DNA of 62,848 bases, filler included, from Choristocarpus tenellus KU-1152 (GCA_964200185.2; 12 parts of 12 records of this genome joined end to end with filler, not necessarily neighbours in it); one strand, 5' to 3'; numbered from the whole stretch's first letter, positions 50,294 to 62,824 are shown. Notes: generated from the sequence alone by a model not told the origin. Made by a program: numbers and translations.

Positions 50294-51213
50294 TATCAAA
50301 AGGTCTCCATAGCTGCCTTTGTTACGATCACTTTCTCCTCCGCCTTGCGAGCCCTTTCGACCTTCTTTCGGGCTTCAGAGCCCTTGTAGCCCAACCTCCA
50401 CACCTTCTTTCTCGTTTCCTTAAGCTGCTCCGGCTCGCACAGCTTCCAGACAGCCAGGCCCTGCTGCAACTGTCGATACTAAGATATTCTATACCCGGGT
50501 TTCCACTTAGGTGTTTCCTGAGCACAATGGCACGCAATCGCACTGCTCTCTTCCCCAACCTTCCCTTCGGGCAGCCACTATGTTTCCTTCGCCCGCTGTG
50601 ACCAGGCTTCCTCTCAGACTTCGTCACTGTACCACCTGGTGATGGACTTGCTGCTCTCTTCTTGTTTTCCCTAGGCGTCAGAGACTGCAGAGCAGTTCTC
50701 CGATGTGGTTGAAGATCCAACCACGTTTGTGTGGTAATGCTTTCAATGCATCTTCTCTCAGCGCCAGTGTCGCGACTGAGTGGTCCATTTCGTGATTTGA
50801 TCATGCTGCTGCGCCACACTACTTGCACTTTCTCATCACCTAACATCGCACTGCAGTTCACACAGTACTTGTTTTTCCAGCCCCTCTTGACAGAAAAGGT
50901 GCCGAGAGTAGATCCAGAGGGCAGAGTGGCCTCAGCAGCTCTCCTCGTCTCACCATCGCGGTTCATGTTGCTGTGTAAGTCCCGCGTGTGTGTCCTCACA
51001 GACAGTCTCCAAAAGGCGTTAAAAAGATGTCCGGAAATCTTGCATTTTTTTCGGTACCGCCACACAGCCAAACTTGGGCAAGGACAGACCCCGGATCAGC
51101 TTTCTGCAAGGAGTTCCGTCAACCACTTCATTTTTGTATATTTTGAAATCGTGACCTTCGAAATTGCACCGGAGATATTCCCCCGCGTTTTTTCCATTAT
51201 TTGATCGGGACAT
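50294..51213 (-). pseudogene. Frameshifted or decayed ORF between the inverted repeat units, probably transposon-derived
   Basis: GC-richer stretch. Protein-like segments fall in different frames (MSRSNNGKNAGEYLRCNF...; KNKYCVNCS; ...EQLKETRKKVWRLGYKGSEARKKVERARKAEEK...). No recognisable domain. Confidence 0.35.
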
Positions 51214-51789
51214 AGCTCCTGTTGTTCCCCGAAGCTTAAACAAAATCCACCATAACGTTCAAAAGTGCTTGTGATACCCTTTCATTTGATATAGATATTG
51301 TTGTATATCTGTTGCGGCGATACGGTGAACAAATTCAAGATTGCATAGAGGGCGAAACTACTGGTACCACATTAGGGGGAAAACCAGTGAAAGCTATTCA
51401 CATGTCATAAGAACCCTTTAAAGGTACCAGTTCTTGTAAATGTGAAACACTTCTCTCTATAATCTATTTTCTATTTCACTATCAGCTTACTATTTTTATA
51501 TCATATATTATCAATTTTCATTATGATCGTATTGATGATTACTTTAATTATAATAATAATTATCGTCCTTATCAATAACATCATATCAGTACTATTATTT
51601 GTATCATTATTTTATTATTATGCCCTTTCACATTTTCCAGATGTGTCAGGGGAAAAACAAATGAAAAACCGTTCAAATGCCACAACCCCTAAAAAAGCAA
51701 TAGTTGTCGTAAATGTGAAATAACTTTCTTTATCATCTATTTACTATTTTATTAACAGGTATGCTATACCCCTGCCCTCCTGTGCCTCC

Positions 51790-52095
51790 AACCTAGCTTA
51801 GTCCTGCACCCTAGGGTGAGGAGCGAGGGAAGCATCCCAAGAATCTAACGAGCCCTTCCTTGCCCATGTCCCTGGTGTCTCCAGCTTAAAACGCATGACA
51901 CGTCTAGATAGATCTACATGTGTTGCGACAGATACTATCTGTCGTAGACGAGATTTGACCGCTCCTTTCCTTCTGTAGCCTCTTGCCCCTCTCCCCCCTA
52001 CTGCGTGTGTAGCCAACTCATCCAGAAACTTTCCACTTGCTTCCCGAGGCACCCAAAACTTTCCACCATGAAGGTGTTGAGGTTATAGCTATTTG
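51790..52095 (-). mobile_element. 5'-truncated 3' fragment of RLE-type (CRE-like) non-LTR retrotransposon
   Basis: SYNLNTFMVESFG / FLDELATHAVGGRGARGYRRKGAVKSRLRQIVSVATHVDLSRRVMRFKL. Homologous to 52322-52630. Confidence 0.78.
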
Positions 52096-52321
52096 TAATC
52101 ATTATCATTAAACCGTTAAATATTATTATGCCCTCCAACATTTTGTAGATGTGTGAGGGAAAAACCAAACGAATATCGCAAGGACCCTGTAAAAGGAACG
52201 GTAGATGTCGTATATGGGAAAGATATCTCTCCAAAAATATATTAGAAATGTTTGAGTACTGACTATACTCTCTTGAATGTTGGCAATTACAATATTATGT
52301 GTACACTGCTGCTATGCCTAT

Positions 52322-53040
52322 AACCTAGCTTAGATCTACAAAAACGGTTGAGGAGCTAGGGAAGTATCCCAAGAATCTGACAGGCTTCTTCTTGTCCATC
52401 TGCCTGGTGACTCCAGCTTGAAATTCATGAAACATCTTGAGAGAGTCACCTCAGTAGTGACGGATAATATTTTTCGTAAGCAGGACTTGACAGCCCCTTT
52501 TCTGCTATAACAGGTCTCCCACCCCTCTGCCCCCCACTGCATGTGTAGCCAACTCAACTAATAAATATTCTGCTTGCTTACTGAGCTGCCAAAACTTTCC
52601 ACCGCAAAGGTGTCGAGGTTAAAACTACGAAGGTCAAAAGAACCCTCATAGCGGGTGTACTTTGGCGCCTCAGCTGCAACAGCAGCTACACCATTGTTGG
52701 TGGTGGATGATTGGGGTAGATGGGAGGGTGGTTGCACTTTTCGAAACGTGGCATCCAGGAGGAGGCGTTTATCCCGGTAGGGAGCCAAGCCAGTGTCCGC
52801 AAGTGCCCCAACATCGATGACCATATTTATGTGAAAGTTCCGGTCCACTGTGAATGGGCTAACATCCTTCATAATGCAAGAGATGCCCATGCCCTTGAAG
52901 AGTTGGTCTAGATTTCTAACCATTGGAGTGTGCTTGCTCACCGCTTCCCCTGCCCTAGGGCAGATACGAGCATGTCGGGGGTCAGCATTATGCCTCCTGC
53001 ACCCGGCCACTGGACACCTGTTGTATAGGGTCTTCTCACT
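52322..53040 (-). mobile_element. RLE-type (CRE-like) non-LTR retrotransposon C-terminal region: zinc knuckle plus restriction-like endonuclease, degenerate, interrupted by a MITE
   Basis: CPVAGC-x7-H-x3-C knuckle, then LLLDAT...AAVAAEAPKYTRY...FAVESFG, the C-terminal layout of RLE-encoding LINEs. Frameshift near 52560. Confidence 0.8.
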
Positions 53041-53043
53041 TGC

Positions 53044-53211
53044 AGTCAAAGTATCTGAGGGGGAGGTGTCGGCGTCCGTTTTTCACCCATTTTTCGATTT
53101 AAACGTTTTTGGTGTGATTTGGTCACACGTGTTCGATTTGAAATGTCAGCAAAAAAAGAGTTGTTTGACCGAAACGGACGCCCCCTCTCAAACCTCCCCC
53201 CCCCCCGCACA
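53044..53211. mobile_element. Divergent MITE family 1-related copy
   Basis: AGTCAAAGTATCTGAGGGGG terminus. The internal inverted repeat is covaried to GGCGTCCGTTT...AAACGGACGCC. Ends in a C-run at the contig break. Confidence 0.75.
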
Positions 53212-53360
53212 NNNNNNNNNNNNNNNNNNNNNNNNNNNNNNNNNNNNNNNNNNNNTTAATTAATTAANNNNNNNNNNNNNNNNNNNNNNNNNNNNNNNNN
53301 NNNNNNNNNNNCACCGACGAAAGTAAACGATAGAAGTTTTTGTATGAGATGTTAAGATCA

Positions 53361-53408
<48 letters not shown>

Positions 53409-54392
53409 TTTTTTTTAATTTTTTGTCGACATATTCCATTGTAAAAAAAAAAAGAATTAAAGAGACAGAGAGAGGACTGTGAGGGACACGTTAAAAAATA
53501 AAAACGTGAGGGGGAGTAAAAAATAAAAACTTCAATACGCCGATTGAGTTTTGATAATAATAATAATAATGATGATGATAATAATAATAATATTTTCACA
53601 ACAAGAAAAAAAAAAAAATTGGTCATCCAGGTTTGCTGTGGGTTTTTTTCAGGTTCAGGGATTGGTCGCTGCTGACCTCAGAAAATAATAACAAAAAGGA
53701 CAATAAAATCACATCGCAATCTCGGCTTCTCTAATGCTTCTCATTTTCCACAAACAAACCAAGCATACAGCAGCAGATAGGCATCGAACCCCCCCCCACA
53801 CGTTCACTGTTACCCACTCTTCTCACACACTTCACTCTCCCCTGCTCAGTTCTAAAGCTACCTCATCATGGGTCAAATCAGGCTCTTGGTAGCTTTCATC
53901 CCAGCCTTCACCTTCCTTGCCACTATCCTCCTTGGAAGGGAGATAGGCCATTAAGGTTCTCATGTATGTACACACCCACATTGGCCTCAGAGTCCCTAGC
54001 TACACTCATTGCTCATTAACCCAGATAGGTATTTCATTAACCTTTTTGTTGCATTGTCCACACAATCCAAAAAAGAAAGACTGAATAAAACAAAAAAAAA
54101 TGTTTCAAAAAAACTTTTACATTAGATATACTACACCCCACCTTATAAAATACTAATATTCACATATATGGTCACACACACCTACATATATATAAAACTA
54201 CTTCAACTTAAATAAAGGTACTGCTCAGTCAGTGCTGTTTTACACTTTTATCAAACTTTCTTCTATTAGAGCTTCATCTAGAATAGAATATTTTACTCAC
54301 TTCTAGCAAATATACAAAAATAGAACCTACCTATCAAACTAACCATACATCATAGCATGGTGATAACTCACAACCTCAAGGTTCACCTAATC

Positions 54393-54512
54393 TCCTTAAC
54401 TCTAACCCTAACCCTAACCAAACTTAACCTTCACCCTCAAGCAAACACTAAACTCAGTCCTACCCCAAACCCTCAAGTCAACACTAAACCTGACCCTAAC
54501 CCTAAACCCTTA
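54393..54512. repeat. Degenerate interstitial telomere-like (CCCTAA)n tract
   Basis: CTCTAACCCTAACCCTAACC...CCTGACCCTAACCCTAAACCCT. Confidence 0.7.
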
Positions 54513-55513
54513 CAGGGGAGGGCAATAGGATAGAGTATTTTAAACACTCTTACCAATAGAATTTCATCACAGCGCAACATAAACTGTCCATGGTCCCCTC
54601 CTGATTTTTCCGATCTAATCCTCTTTTGTTGATACTATGTTATTCCACCACCATCACAGCATGGATAGATAGAACACCAAGGGTTCAACCAACTGAGATA
54701 TTTGAAAAAAAAAAATCATCTGAAGAGATCAGAAAAATGTATACATCCTCACCTTCCTAATTTCAATACGTATGTACACTTCCAAGTGTATCCACATCCC
54801 ACTCCACTTAGCACCATTGCACATATCTGCTAATGAGTCTCAACACATCCATCTCGCCTCAACCACACCAATAATAATAATAATAATAATAATAATAATT
54901 CAATCGACCAATTCATCAACAGATTCTAGAACAAAAAAAACAATTAAGAAAAATAAAAATGGTGAAAAATAAAAATACAGAACAAAAAGATAAAATATGT
55001 ACGTATGTTGGACCACAAAAATCGGAACATCACACCACCTCAATTATTGCCTCGTGACTGATGGGCATCATCTTCACTCACGTATAGCACAAATCCACTG
55101 ATGTCTGACATTCATGGGTTTCCACATAGACATACAGAGCCGTCACCAACAGGCAAGGCCATTCAGCACTTATCCCCTCCCCCCCCGCCTGATTGCCAGA
55201 AAGTCAGTTTAACCTGTCCGCATCTCTCAATCGAGTCTGCCTCCTTGTGATCTCTACCCCACAACACTGTACATATCCTCCAACCAACAATTATCAAGAA
55301 AACCACGATTTCAATGGCTTAATTCAATTTGTTGCATGCTTGGCCCCTTGAGAGCATCAAAGCATGATCCGCCAATAAAATAAAAGGAGCGTATCTCAGT
55401 GAGGACATAGCATCGAACACACGCAAAACACCTATCAAATTTCATTTTCAACTTTTGAGTAGAGGTACACAAACATACACAAATGTTCATTGTATATCCA
55501 AGTCTGTGCTTGC

Positions 55514-56628
55514 CTCCTTTTGGTCCAAGTCATCAGCACCCTCCATAAAGACTATCAAAGATGCCTTTTGCTGTAGCTCGTAGCCATTGCTCTGTAGCCC
55601 TGTGGCGAGGTCCACCACCGGCTTGGGACTCCACGGGAAGTTCAACCCCTGATTTGATGTGGGACATACAATCAGCACAAAAAATAAAAATAAAAGAGCA
55701 AGAGGACAGGTATTCTTATAAACATACCAACAACTTCACCTAGATAGAAATACATTTTGCAGTAGTAGGTAAAACTCCCCCTCCAAGACATGAAACCTCC
55801 CACATGATTCTACACTATACCTCAAAACTTTCATTTTTGTGTTATCTGAAACTTCTTTTTCATTGTATAATAAAAAATATATAGTCAAAAGTATATTTAC
55901 AAGGATCGGTGTGTTTGATTATTGAACAGGAAGGATTCAAATTCAATGATGCCTCTTGATGTGCAGTGGTAGTAGCAAGGTAAAGCAGAGAGTAGAACAT
56001 TAAAAAAACACTTGAGGCTTAAAAATAAAAACAAGTATAGGTCTTACGCATAAATAACACACCAAAAATAGTAGAAATTAAAAAATCGTAACATTGACTG
56101 AAAAACAAAAAAAAGACTTCTTGTTCCAGATCATTAAATCATTGCCACTTTCACTGCCACCAATACCACACCCACCAGAAAAAATACAAACCTTATCATT
56201 TTGTTTATTTTTCATTGTGATTAATAATGGAAAAAAAAAAACCCAACCACTGAGAATAGTCTCAAGAACCAAGGGGACCGGTCGCAAAGCACACCATCAA
56301 GGTCGGCGGCGGAGCATGCACCAGGTAGGTGGGGGCATATAGGCAGGGGGGTATCACTACCACCTTTGCACAAACACCCTGGAACAATGACATAAAAAAC
56401 ACACACACATTATATACCACAAAGCACTCCGTAGCACTATGTAGCAGAGAAGCAAATACCTTGGGGTCCTCTGATACCATCGCCCTGGCAGCCTGATTGA
56501 TTACGTTTCCATCAGCACCAATTGTCACCAAGGCTGGGATACCCCTCACACCAAACATCCTCTTGAGGGAGTCTCTGCGAGCATTGTCGCTAAAGGGGAT
56601 GGCAGCCCATGGCATGCCTGACAAATAC
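55514..56628 (-). CDS. NXN: Nucleoredoxin (TryX-like thioredoxin), two internal exons
   Basis: Exons 56460-56628 and 55514-55648: YLSGMPWAAIPFSD...FGVRGIPALVTIGADGNVINQAARAMVSEDPK-GLNFPWSPKPVVDL...SLIVFMEGADD. These correspond to the end of the TRX domain and the start of the NXN b'-like domain. Confidence 0.88.
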
Positions 56629-58446
56629 CTTTCATTCACATAGGAGCATAGCAGACAGAAAATTTCGTGCGAAAAAGAGGAAGGAGGGGGGGGGGGGGGG
56701 GGGGGGAGGAGAGAAAAGAAAGAGGGGGGGGGGGGGGGGGGGGGGGGGAGAGGTGGGGGGGGNNNNNNNNNNNNNNNNNNNNNNNNNNNNNNNNNNNNNN
56801 NNNNNNTTAATTAATTAANNNNNNNNNNNNNNNNNNNNNNNNNNNNNNNNNNNNNNNNNNNNCCTTGTGCCCCTCCCCCCCTACCCCCCAAAAAAGTACT
56901 GTCTTATAGCACCATTCTAAACAAGGCTACAGATACAGAGGGCGTTTGCAAGCAAAGGCTCCTCTCTAAAGTGACAATTCATTGGTACTTGCTATCAAGA
57001 ACTTCTTCCACGTGGTGAATGACTATTCAAGGTAGTGATGATTACATCCCTCGAGCAATATGAACTGGGTGAGATGTTTCAATGCAGCAGTTCGTTTGGC
57101 ACAGCTATCCTATCAGGGCATCACACAAAGGATAGTGATCATACAGTCCCTGTGTTATCCCTCTCAAATAAAAAGGAATGCCTGACAATAGGAACTCCGA
57201 TACCCCCTACATAAAAGAGAATATTTGGACGATAACCTGGAACATGTTGTTCATTGACCAGTCATATCAATAGGACTAGTTTGTCTCATCAGGCTTGTGT
57301 GACTGGGCTGACTTGGGCTGGCCATTTCATGTAGTAAGGGATGGAGAAAAGGTGATGGATGATCAAGGATGTAACTTCACCCTGCACACGCACATGAACT
57401 TTTGTGTATCTTCAATGTGAGAGTGTGGTGGTTTTTGTGATAGTGTTTGTTGGAGTAGGGTGTGCGTTGGCGTATTTGGGAGATGATCAATCCGTAAAAG
57501 AGCCTCCAACTGTGAAAAATAAAAAAGAGAAAAAAACTGGGATGCTCAAGAGTACTGTACAAGCGATTTCTATATTTCTCGAGATCCCTTGTTCTTAGAC
57601 TGCTGCTGCCACACACTAGCCCCACCAAACTATCCAAAGAGTTTACCACTCACTAATGTTCTGATCAAGAGCTTACCACTTACTAAATGTTCTGAAGTGC
57701 AAAAAAAAAAATTGTGAAAAAAGTTGTGACTATCATTGCCAACAAAAAAGTAGAAAAAGAAAAATCGAGGTTGTAACAATCTTTAAAAAAAACAAAAACA
57801 ATTATTACTTTTGATTACTTTCCCCAAGGTACGAGCGCCGGAGAATTCGCTCCAAAATTTCTCATGGTACTTGGCGGTTCCTCATAACCCTCTTCACTGC
57901 CCTCAAGCGTCTTCACCCTCCACACGTGTTAAAACATAGGCTACTCGATTGTTTTTTTTTCCTTATTGATATGATACAGTGCCACCAGTCCATACTGACT
58001 GTTGATTGGTCCGCTGTAGAGGTCGCTACTTTCACTTGCAACACTAGGTCATCATCGCAACACCACCAACTATCTTCAGAACACCATAGTACATAGGAAG
58101 CATGAGAACAGTCGGTGCTCATCACACAAACACATGGACATAGTATGTGTCGCTTGAGATACATCAGAAATTTATTCGTTTCTTGTGTTGTTTCTTCGGG
58201 GTTTTCTTTTTCGTTTTTCCCTTCCTTCTTATTCTTAACACTGGAAGACTCCAGTTGCATGTCAACTATTGATTCAATTCAGGTTTCAACAACACATCAC
58301 CTCTGTGTGCTGAGAGCATGCTTCCATTCATCAGAGTAAAAAACGGAAAATTCTACCATCCGATTAATCTGATACCTGATACCTCATTCAATCCATAACT
58401 TCATTCAATCCACAGCACCAACACACGACATCACATGTTAACACAC

Positions 58447-59793
58447 CTCTCCCTCCTCAGCACCCTTAAGTGGGGGGCAACCTTGCCGTAGCTGTGGGCC
58501 AGAATTCTTCGACTGTGAAGGCGGGATGTCTCCGCGCCCCTCTCCTCTCCCTGCTGGCTGCTTGGAAAGGGCGATGACCTTGCCCAGAGCCGTCGACACC
58601 TCTTTCACTTCAGAAACCATGGAAAACCACCTTGCCACGTGCGGGTGTGCCTGCTCCTCAAAGCGCACCCACAACACCCCCCAGAGTACATGTTGATGAG
58701 GGTGAGTGTATGGATGGGAAAAGGATAATGGACAAGGACACAACTGAAAACAGCGTGCTAACCACTTTAACCATACATATATGTATATATAAATATTGGG
58801 AAACAAATAGTGTTGAAAATCACCTGCAGACGTCGGAATAGTTGTATGCAGAGAGGTAAAAGCTCTACTGTGTGCTGCGACTATTGATCAGTTTGTGCAC
58901 TACCTCCTACTCGATATCGCCGGGTTCTAGAACCTTCTTTGTGTCTGCCACACATGATGTGAGAGATGGATGGCGAAGTGGGGTGAGGGATTGTACAGAT
59001 GGGGCAAACATGCAACAGCACAGGCAAGGTGTTCCTCACCTGAGAAGGGGTGTGCCTGGCTCGTGTCAGTTTGATTTGCACCGCAGCATCTGCCAAGGTC
59101 ATGCTGTGGCCTGCCAAGTACGTCCTGCCATCAACGAATGCCCGTCGGAGGAATGTTTGAGTGAGGGCAAGAGTACTCGTCAAATTCAGACACCAAAAAA
59201 AGTCTTCACGTAAAGCAACATAAACAATTTCATATCCCTGTCCATGTCCTGCAGGGTGAGGGATGCGGGTTATGCAAAAACGGGCACCCAGGCATAGTGG
59301 AGAGATTAACACAACGGAACAAGACCTAACCCTAATCCTTCAACCCATGTAGCTTTCTCCACCTCAACAGGGCAGTCCTGTCCCCCACGATGGCCAAGTC
59401 TTCCTTTGACTTGTGCTTTGCGGTAGTCAGCTACAGTTCTTGAATGACAGAGGTAAAAAAAACGATCATCCTTGCATACAACAACTAAACAAGTAGTCAC
59501 AGTACTGCATTGCTTGCAGCATGACAACCCGCCCCCCACCCCCACTCCTCCCTCGCTGCTTCTGTAGGGAGATAGACCAACCTTGGTGCAAGGTGCACAT
59601 CCAGGACAGACACAAGACTTGACATGTCGTGAGTAAGGCAGAGGTCCAGCCACTGGTCTACTAGGGATGCCTCCACAGGGTCTGAACCCCCCAGGAGAGA
59701 GGAGGAGGCCTCCATTCGGACAATGGCGCGGGCGATGGCATGATCTCCTGACAAGCTGCGTCCATCGGGCATGACCATGCATGGCATTTTTTC
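58447..59793 (-). CDS. Cytosolic glutamyl-tRNA synthetase (GluRS/EPRS-type), N-terminal GST-like domain and linker, three internal exons
   Basis: Exons 59582-59793, 59040-59124 and 58447-~58650: AIARAIVR...LLGGSDPVEASLVDQWLD...LDVHLAPRTYLAGHSMTLAD...HPHVARWF...CPPLKGAEEGE. The last motif normally precedes V.TRFPPE in eukaryotic GluRS; that exon was not found on this contig. Confidence 0.82.
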
Positions 59794-61599
59794 CTGTGGT
59801 GAAGGCAGGTGCCATGAGCATTAAGAAGGTTCGCGTCTGTGTCAGTGTGTGTGGGGGGGGGGAGGGGGGAGGTGGGCATATTGAATATTGTGGNNNNNNN
59901 NNNNNNNNNNNNNNNNNNNNNNNNNNNNNNNNNNNNNTTAATTAATTAANNNNNNNNNNNNNNNNNNNNNNNNNNNNNNNNNNNNNNNNNNNNCTGTGCC
60001 CCCAGTCAACCAGAATTCTCCCGCCCAAAAAACTCAGTTTACTTCATAAACTCTCACTTGATGATTTAGCTAAAAGCGTAAATGTGTGGCTGCAGGGTCT
60101 GTGCTGAAGTGGATCTTGAAAGTGGTCAACTGGGAGTTCAAAAAAGAATCCACCAGACCCTTCCAGACGGTATTTCAAAATCACATTATTATGAGCCAAC
60201 CATCCCCTCAATGATTTATGTTCATTATTATCAAAAAATGGTTATAGTACATGTGGAAGGGGAGGGTGGATGTGTCCGACAAGAGTTACAAATATCCACC
60301 ACTCCACATGTTGTAGCGATATTACTATTGTTTTCGTATGTTCCATTTCCGTTTTTCTTCTCTCAAGAAAAAAATGATGAATATAAAAATGAAGAAGCAG
60401 AGAAATCTGCCAACATGGTCTAATATATTTATAAAGAGCGAGATGGTGGTCAGACCCTCTTAAAATTCTGACGGGCCTGGTCCGACCCTTTCAGAAAGTA
60501 TTCTAACCAAGCCAACTTGTGGTCCTGCCCTGTCACAACTATTCAGTCTGGTGTAAACCCTTATTCTTTGCCTTGGACGTTTTGCCTTGTCCAGAAGTCG
60601 AGTTTATCACAAAGCGGAGCAGAGTTCTTTGCACCATTCGGAACACGACACTAGTAAGAGGTGTGATAATCCGGTGCAGACAAAAAAAATTAGGTACTCT
60701 AAACACTATCATTACTGCGAGTGCAACAAAATGACACTCATAAAAAATCTCAAAAAAATGCATTTAGAATGCATTTTGAGCAATTATGGTGGGGTTTTGG
60801 TACACTTTCTTCTTTGTTTTACGTTTAGGTAAGTTACCAAGGGATGAAGCCGTCTTGATGACATAGGTGTCAATGCGTCCTAGCATGTCCTGTTCGCTAA
60901 TCATTGTACCAACTCCTACTGTCGAGAAGGCCTCCCCGTTTCAACCCACGCTAGGGTTATCCTTGACGGATTGCTGGCATTGACATGTCCAACAGGGCAA
61001 ACTCTTCACAAGGAACCTGATGGTACGACCACCCCTCACTCTTTTTCGTCCTGTAGCTAATATCATTGGACCAAGTGTACACGTTGTTATGATAAAGAGG
61101 ATTTCCTAGTGATTGTACCCGTTGTCACTATTTTTCAGAATTTTGCAAAAAATCAGGAAGGGCTTTGGGGTGGAATGGAACGCCCCTTTTGTTACTTAAT
61201 TTGTACGTTCTCTAAATGTGCCACCATCAATCGACTTTCTTTTTGTGCAACACCAAACCTCGGGACTAAAAAATAACACCGGCATTGAGTGTGTTTGTAG
61301 ATAGTGGATGTTGCAGACAGGTAATATACATATATGGTACTTATTTGCTCAATATTGTAATTTACTGTAGGACGTTCGATAAATAGTTGAAAATAGGCAA
61401 ACTGTTCCTTTTCCACCAACGATTGTGACTCTCATCGCTGGATATTGATGTTAATATATAGTATTAATACAGACATACTCTACGTTTTTTTTATTAGTAT
61501 TGTCGTCACCACCATCACACATATGCAATGAGCCATTTCTCGTCATCAAGCACCTTTAGGGGTAGCAATATGAATAAAAGGCTCACAAGATACAATGAC

Positions 61600-62480
61600 G
61601 TGCCCACCCCCTGGATTTAACTTCACACACAACTGACTGCGCTGCTGGTTCAAGGAATGCAAGGTAGTTCGTTGTGGTAACTCTTCTTGCCCTCTTGGCC
61701 CCTCCTCCCGATCCAGGAAGTGAGGCGATGATATGTTGTGCTCGTGAGCCAGGGATAGCAGTAGCGTAAACTTTCGAGATACCTCTATTCCTCCTTGTAC
61801 TCTCCAATCTCCACGTCTGTGTGCCTTAGTTGCACTTCCTGGAGAATCGTTGCTCGAGTTCATTGTTTCGACCCTGCTAAAGGTAGAGTTGGTCTGGAGT
61901 TGATCCCTGAGCCTGCACCAAAGCGAAGGATGCAGGGAAAATAGACATGAATTTTTGTATTTCTTTTTCGACATGGATGTTTTTCTTGGTACTGTGTACT
62001 GTGCAATGGGCAGAAGTCCCAACATCAACCAGTACCCATATATCCACTAGATAGAAGAGTGATGTTGGCCCAATATACTTGCTGACATTTGCTTCGCAGA
62101 TATTCTTCCAGGCGATATGAGACAGATTTTCTATTATTCCAATCAATTCCTTAGTGAAAACCTTACTGAACAGCAATTGCAATTATTATAGATTATTAGA
62201 ACCACGAAGAAGTTAGTCAAGAAATTAGGGAAGGTCTTCAAGATCTCTGTCTGAACCACCAGTCTTCTGAGAAGCATACCGCACACCAGACATAATATCC
62301 AAATAACACCATGTACTCCAGAGTGTGCATACATTTATGTATACAATGTTTGAGGAACCTTATTATCACATTCCCCACTTTTATGTGCATTTTCCCCCCT
62401 GTTCTGCTGAATATGAATCCATGGGTGACCACTCCCATTTGGATCTGGATGGGACCACTAGTGTAAATGCTAAAACTCAC
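61600..62480 (-). mobile_element. Possible decayed KDZ (Kyakuja-Dileera-Zisupton)-type transposase
   Basis: Stop- and frameshift-ridden segments HGVIWILCLVCG.LL...TE.LK...IIYNNC...TNSTFSRVETMNS loosely follow the KDZ motif order G....C..G / E / YDxxC / N...E..N. Pattern recall only. Confidence 0.3.
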
Positions 62481-62824
62481 GGCCTAGGGATCCCACAACT
62501 GCAACGAGTGTATGTATTAGAGTAGCACATATACGCTACTTATCATACGAATATCCTGCCATGGCATATTTGTAGGTGCTCAGCACTTAGAACTTACGAA
62601 CGTTTTGTATTTTTACAAAATTCCAAAATACAAAACGGGCAGTTTTGCCGACGAAACATACAGAAAATATTTGCCCCTGTCATTGCTACTTGAGAGCCCG
62701 CACCAAGAAGCCACAAAAAAAAAGTCCTCGAAGGCAGAAGTGCTCCTGTCATCTTGAGTACCATCAAGAGGAGCCAATCAACACCCACTATGCTACATGC
62801 GACAAAAAGTTAAGTTATTCCACT

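Larger units (their letters stand above)
49944..52235. repeat. ~110-bp repeat unit in four copies: inverted at ~49944-50055, direct at ~51366-51480 (partial), ~51613-51750 and ~52120-52235
   Basis: TATTATTATGCCCT....ACATTTT.CAGATGTGTCAGGGG.AAA.CA.TGAAA...GTAAATGTGAAA. 50000-50055 is the reverse complement of 51613-51668 with few mismatches. Confidence 0.8.

Noticed and set aside
53864-53935. Candidate next nucleoredoxin exon (EDSGKEGEGWDESYQEPDLTHDE)
   Set aside because: Splice-like borders are present, but the peptide does not resemble the expected continuation of the b'-like domain.
8255-59993. Regularly recurring TTAATTAATTAA palindrome between N runs
   Set aside because: Identical 100-bp synthetic contig joiner with six-frame stops. 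Not biological, and gene neighbourhoods across it are meaningless.
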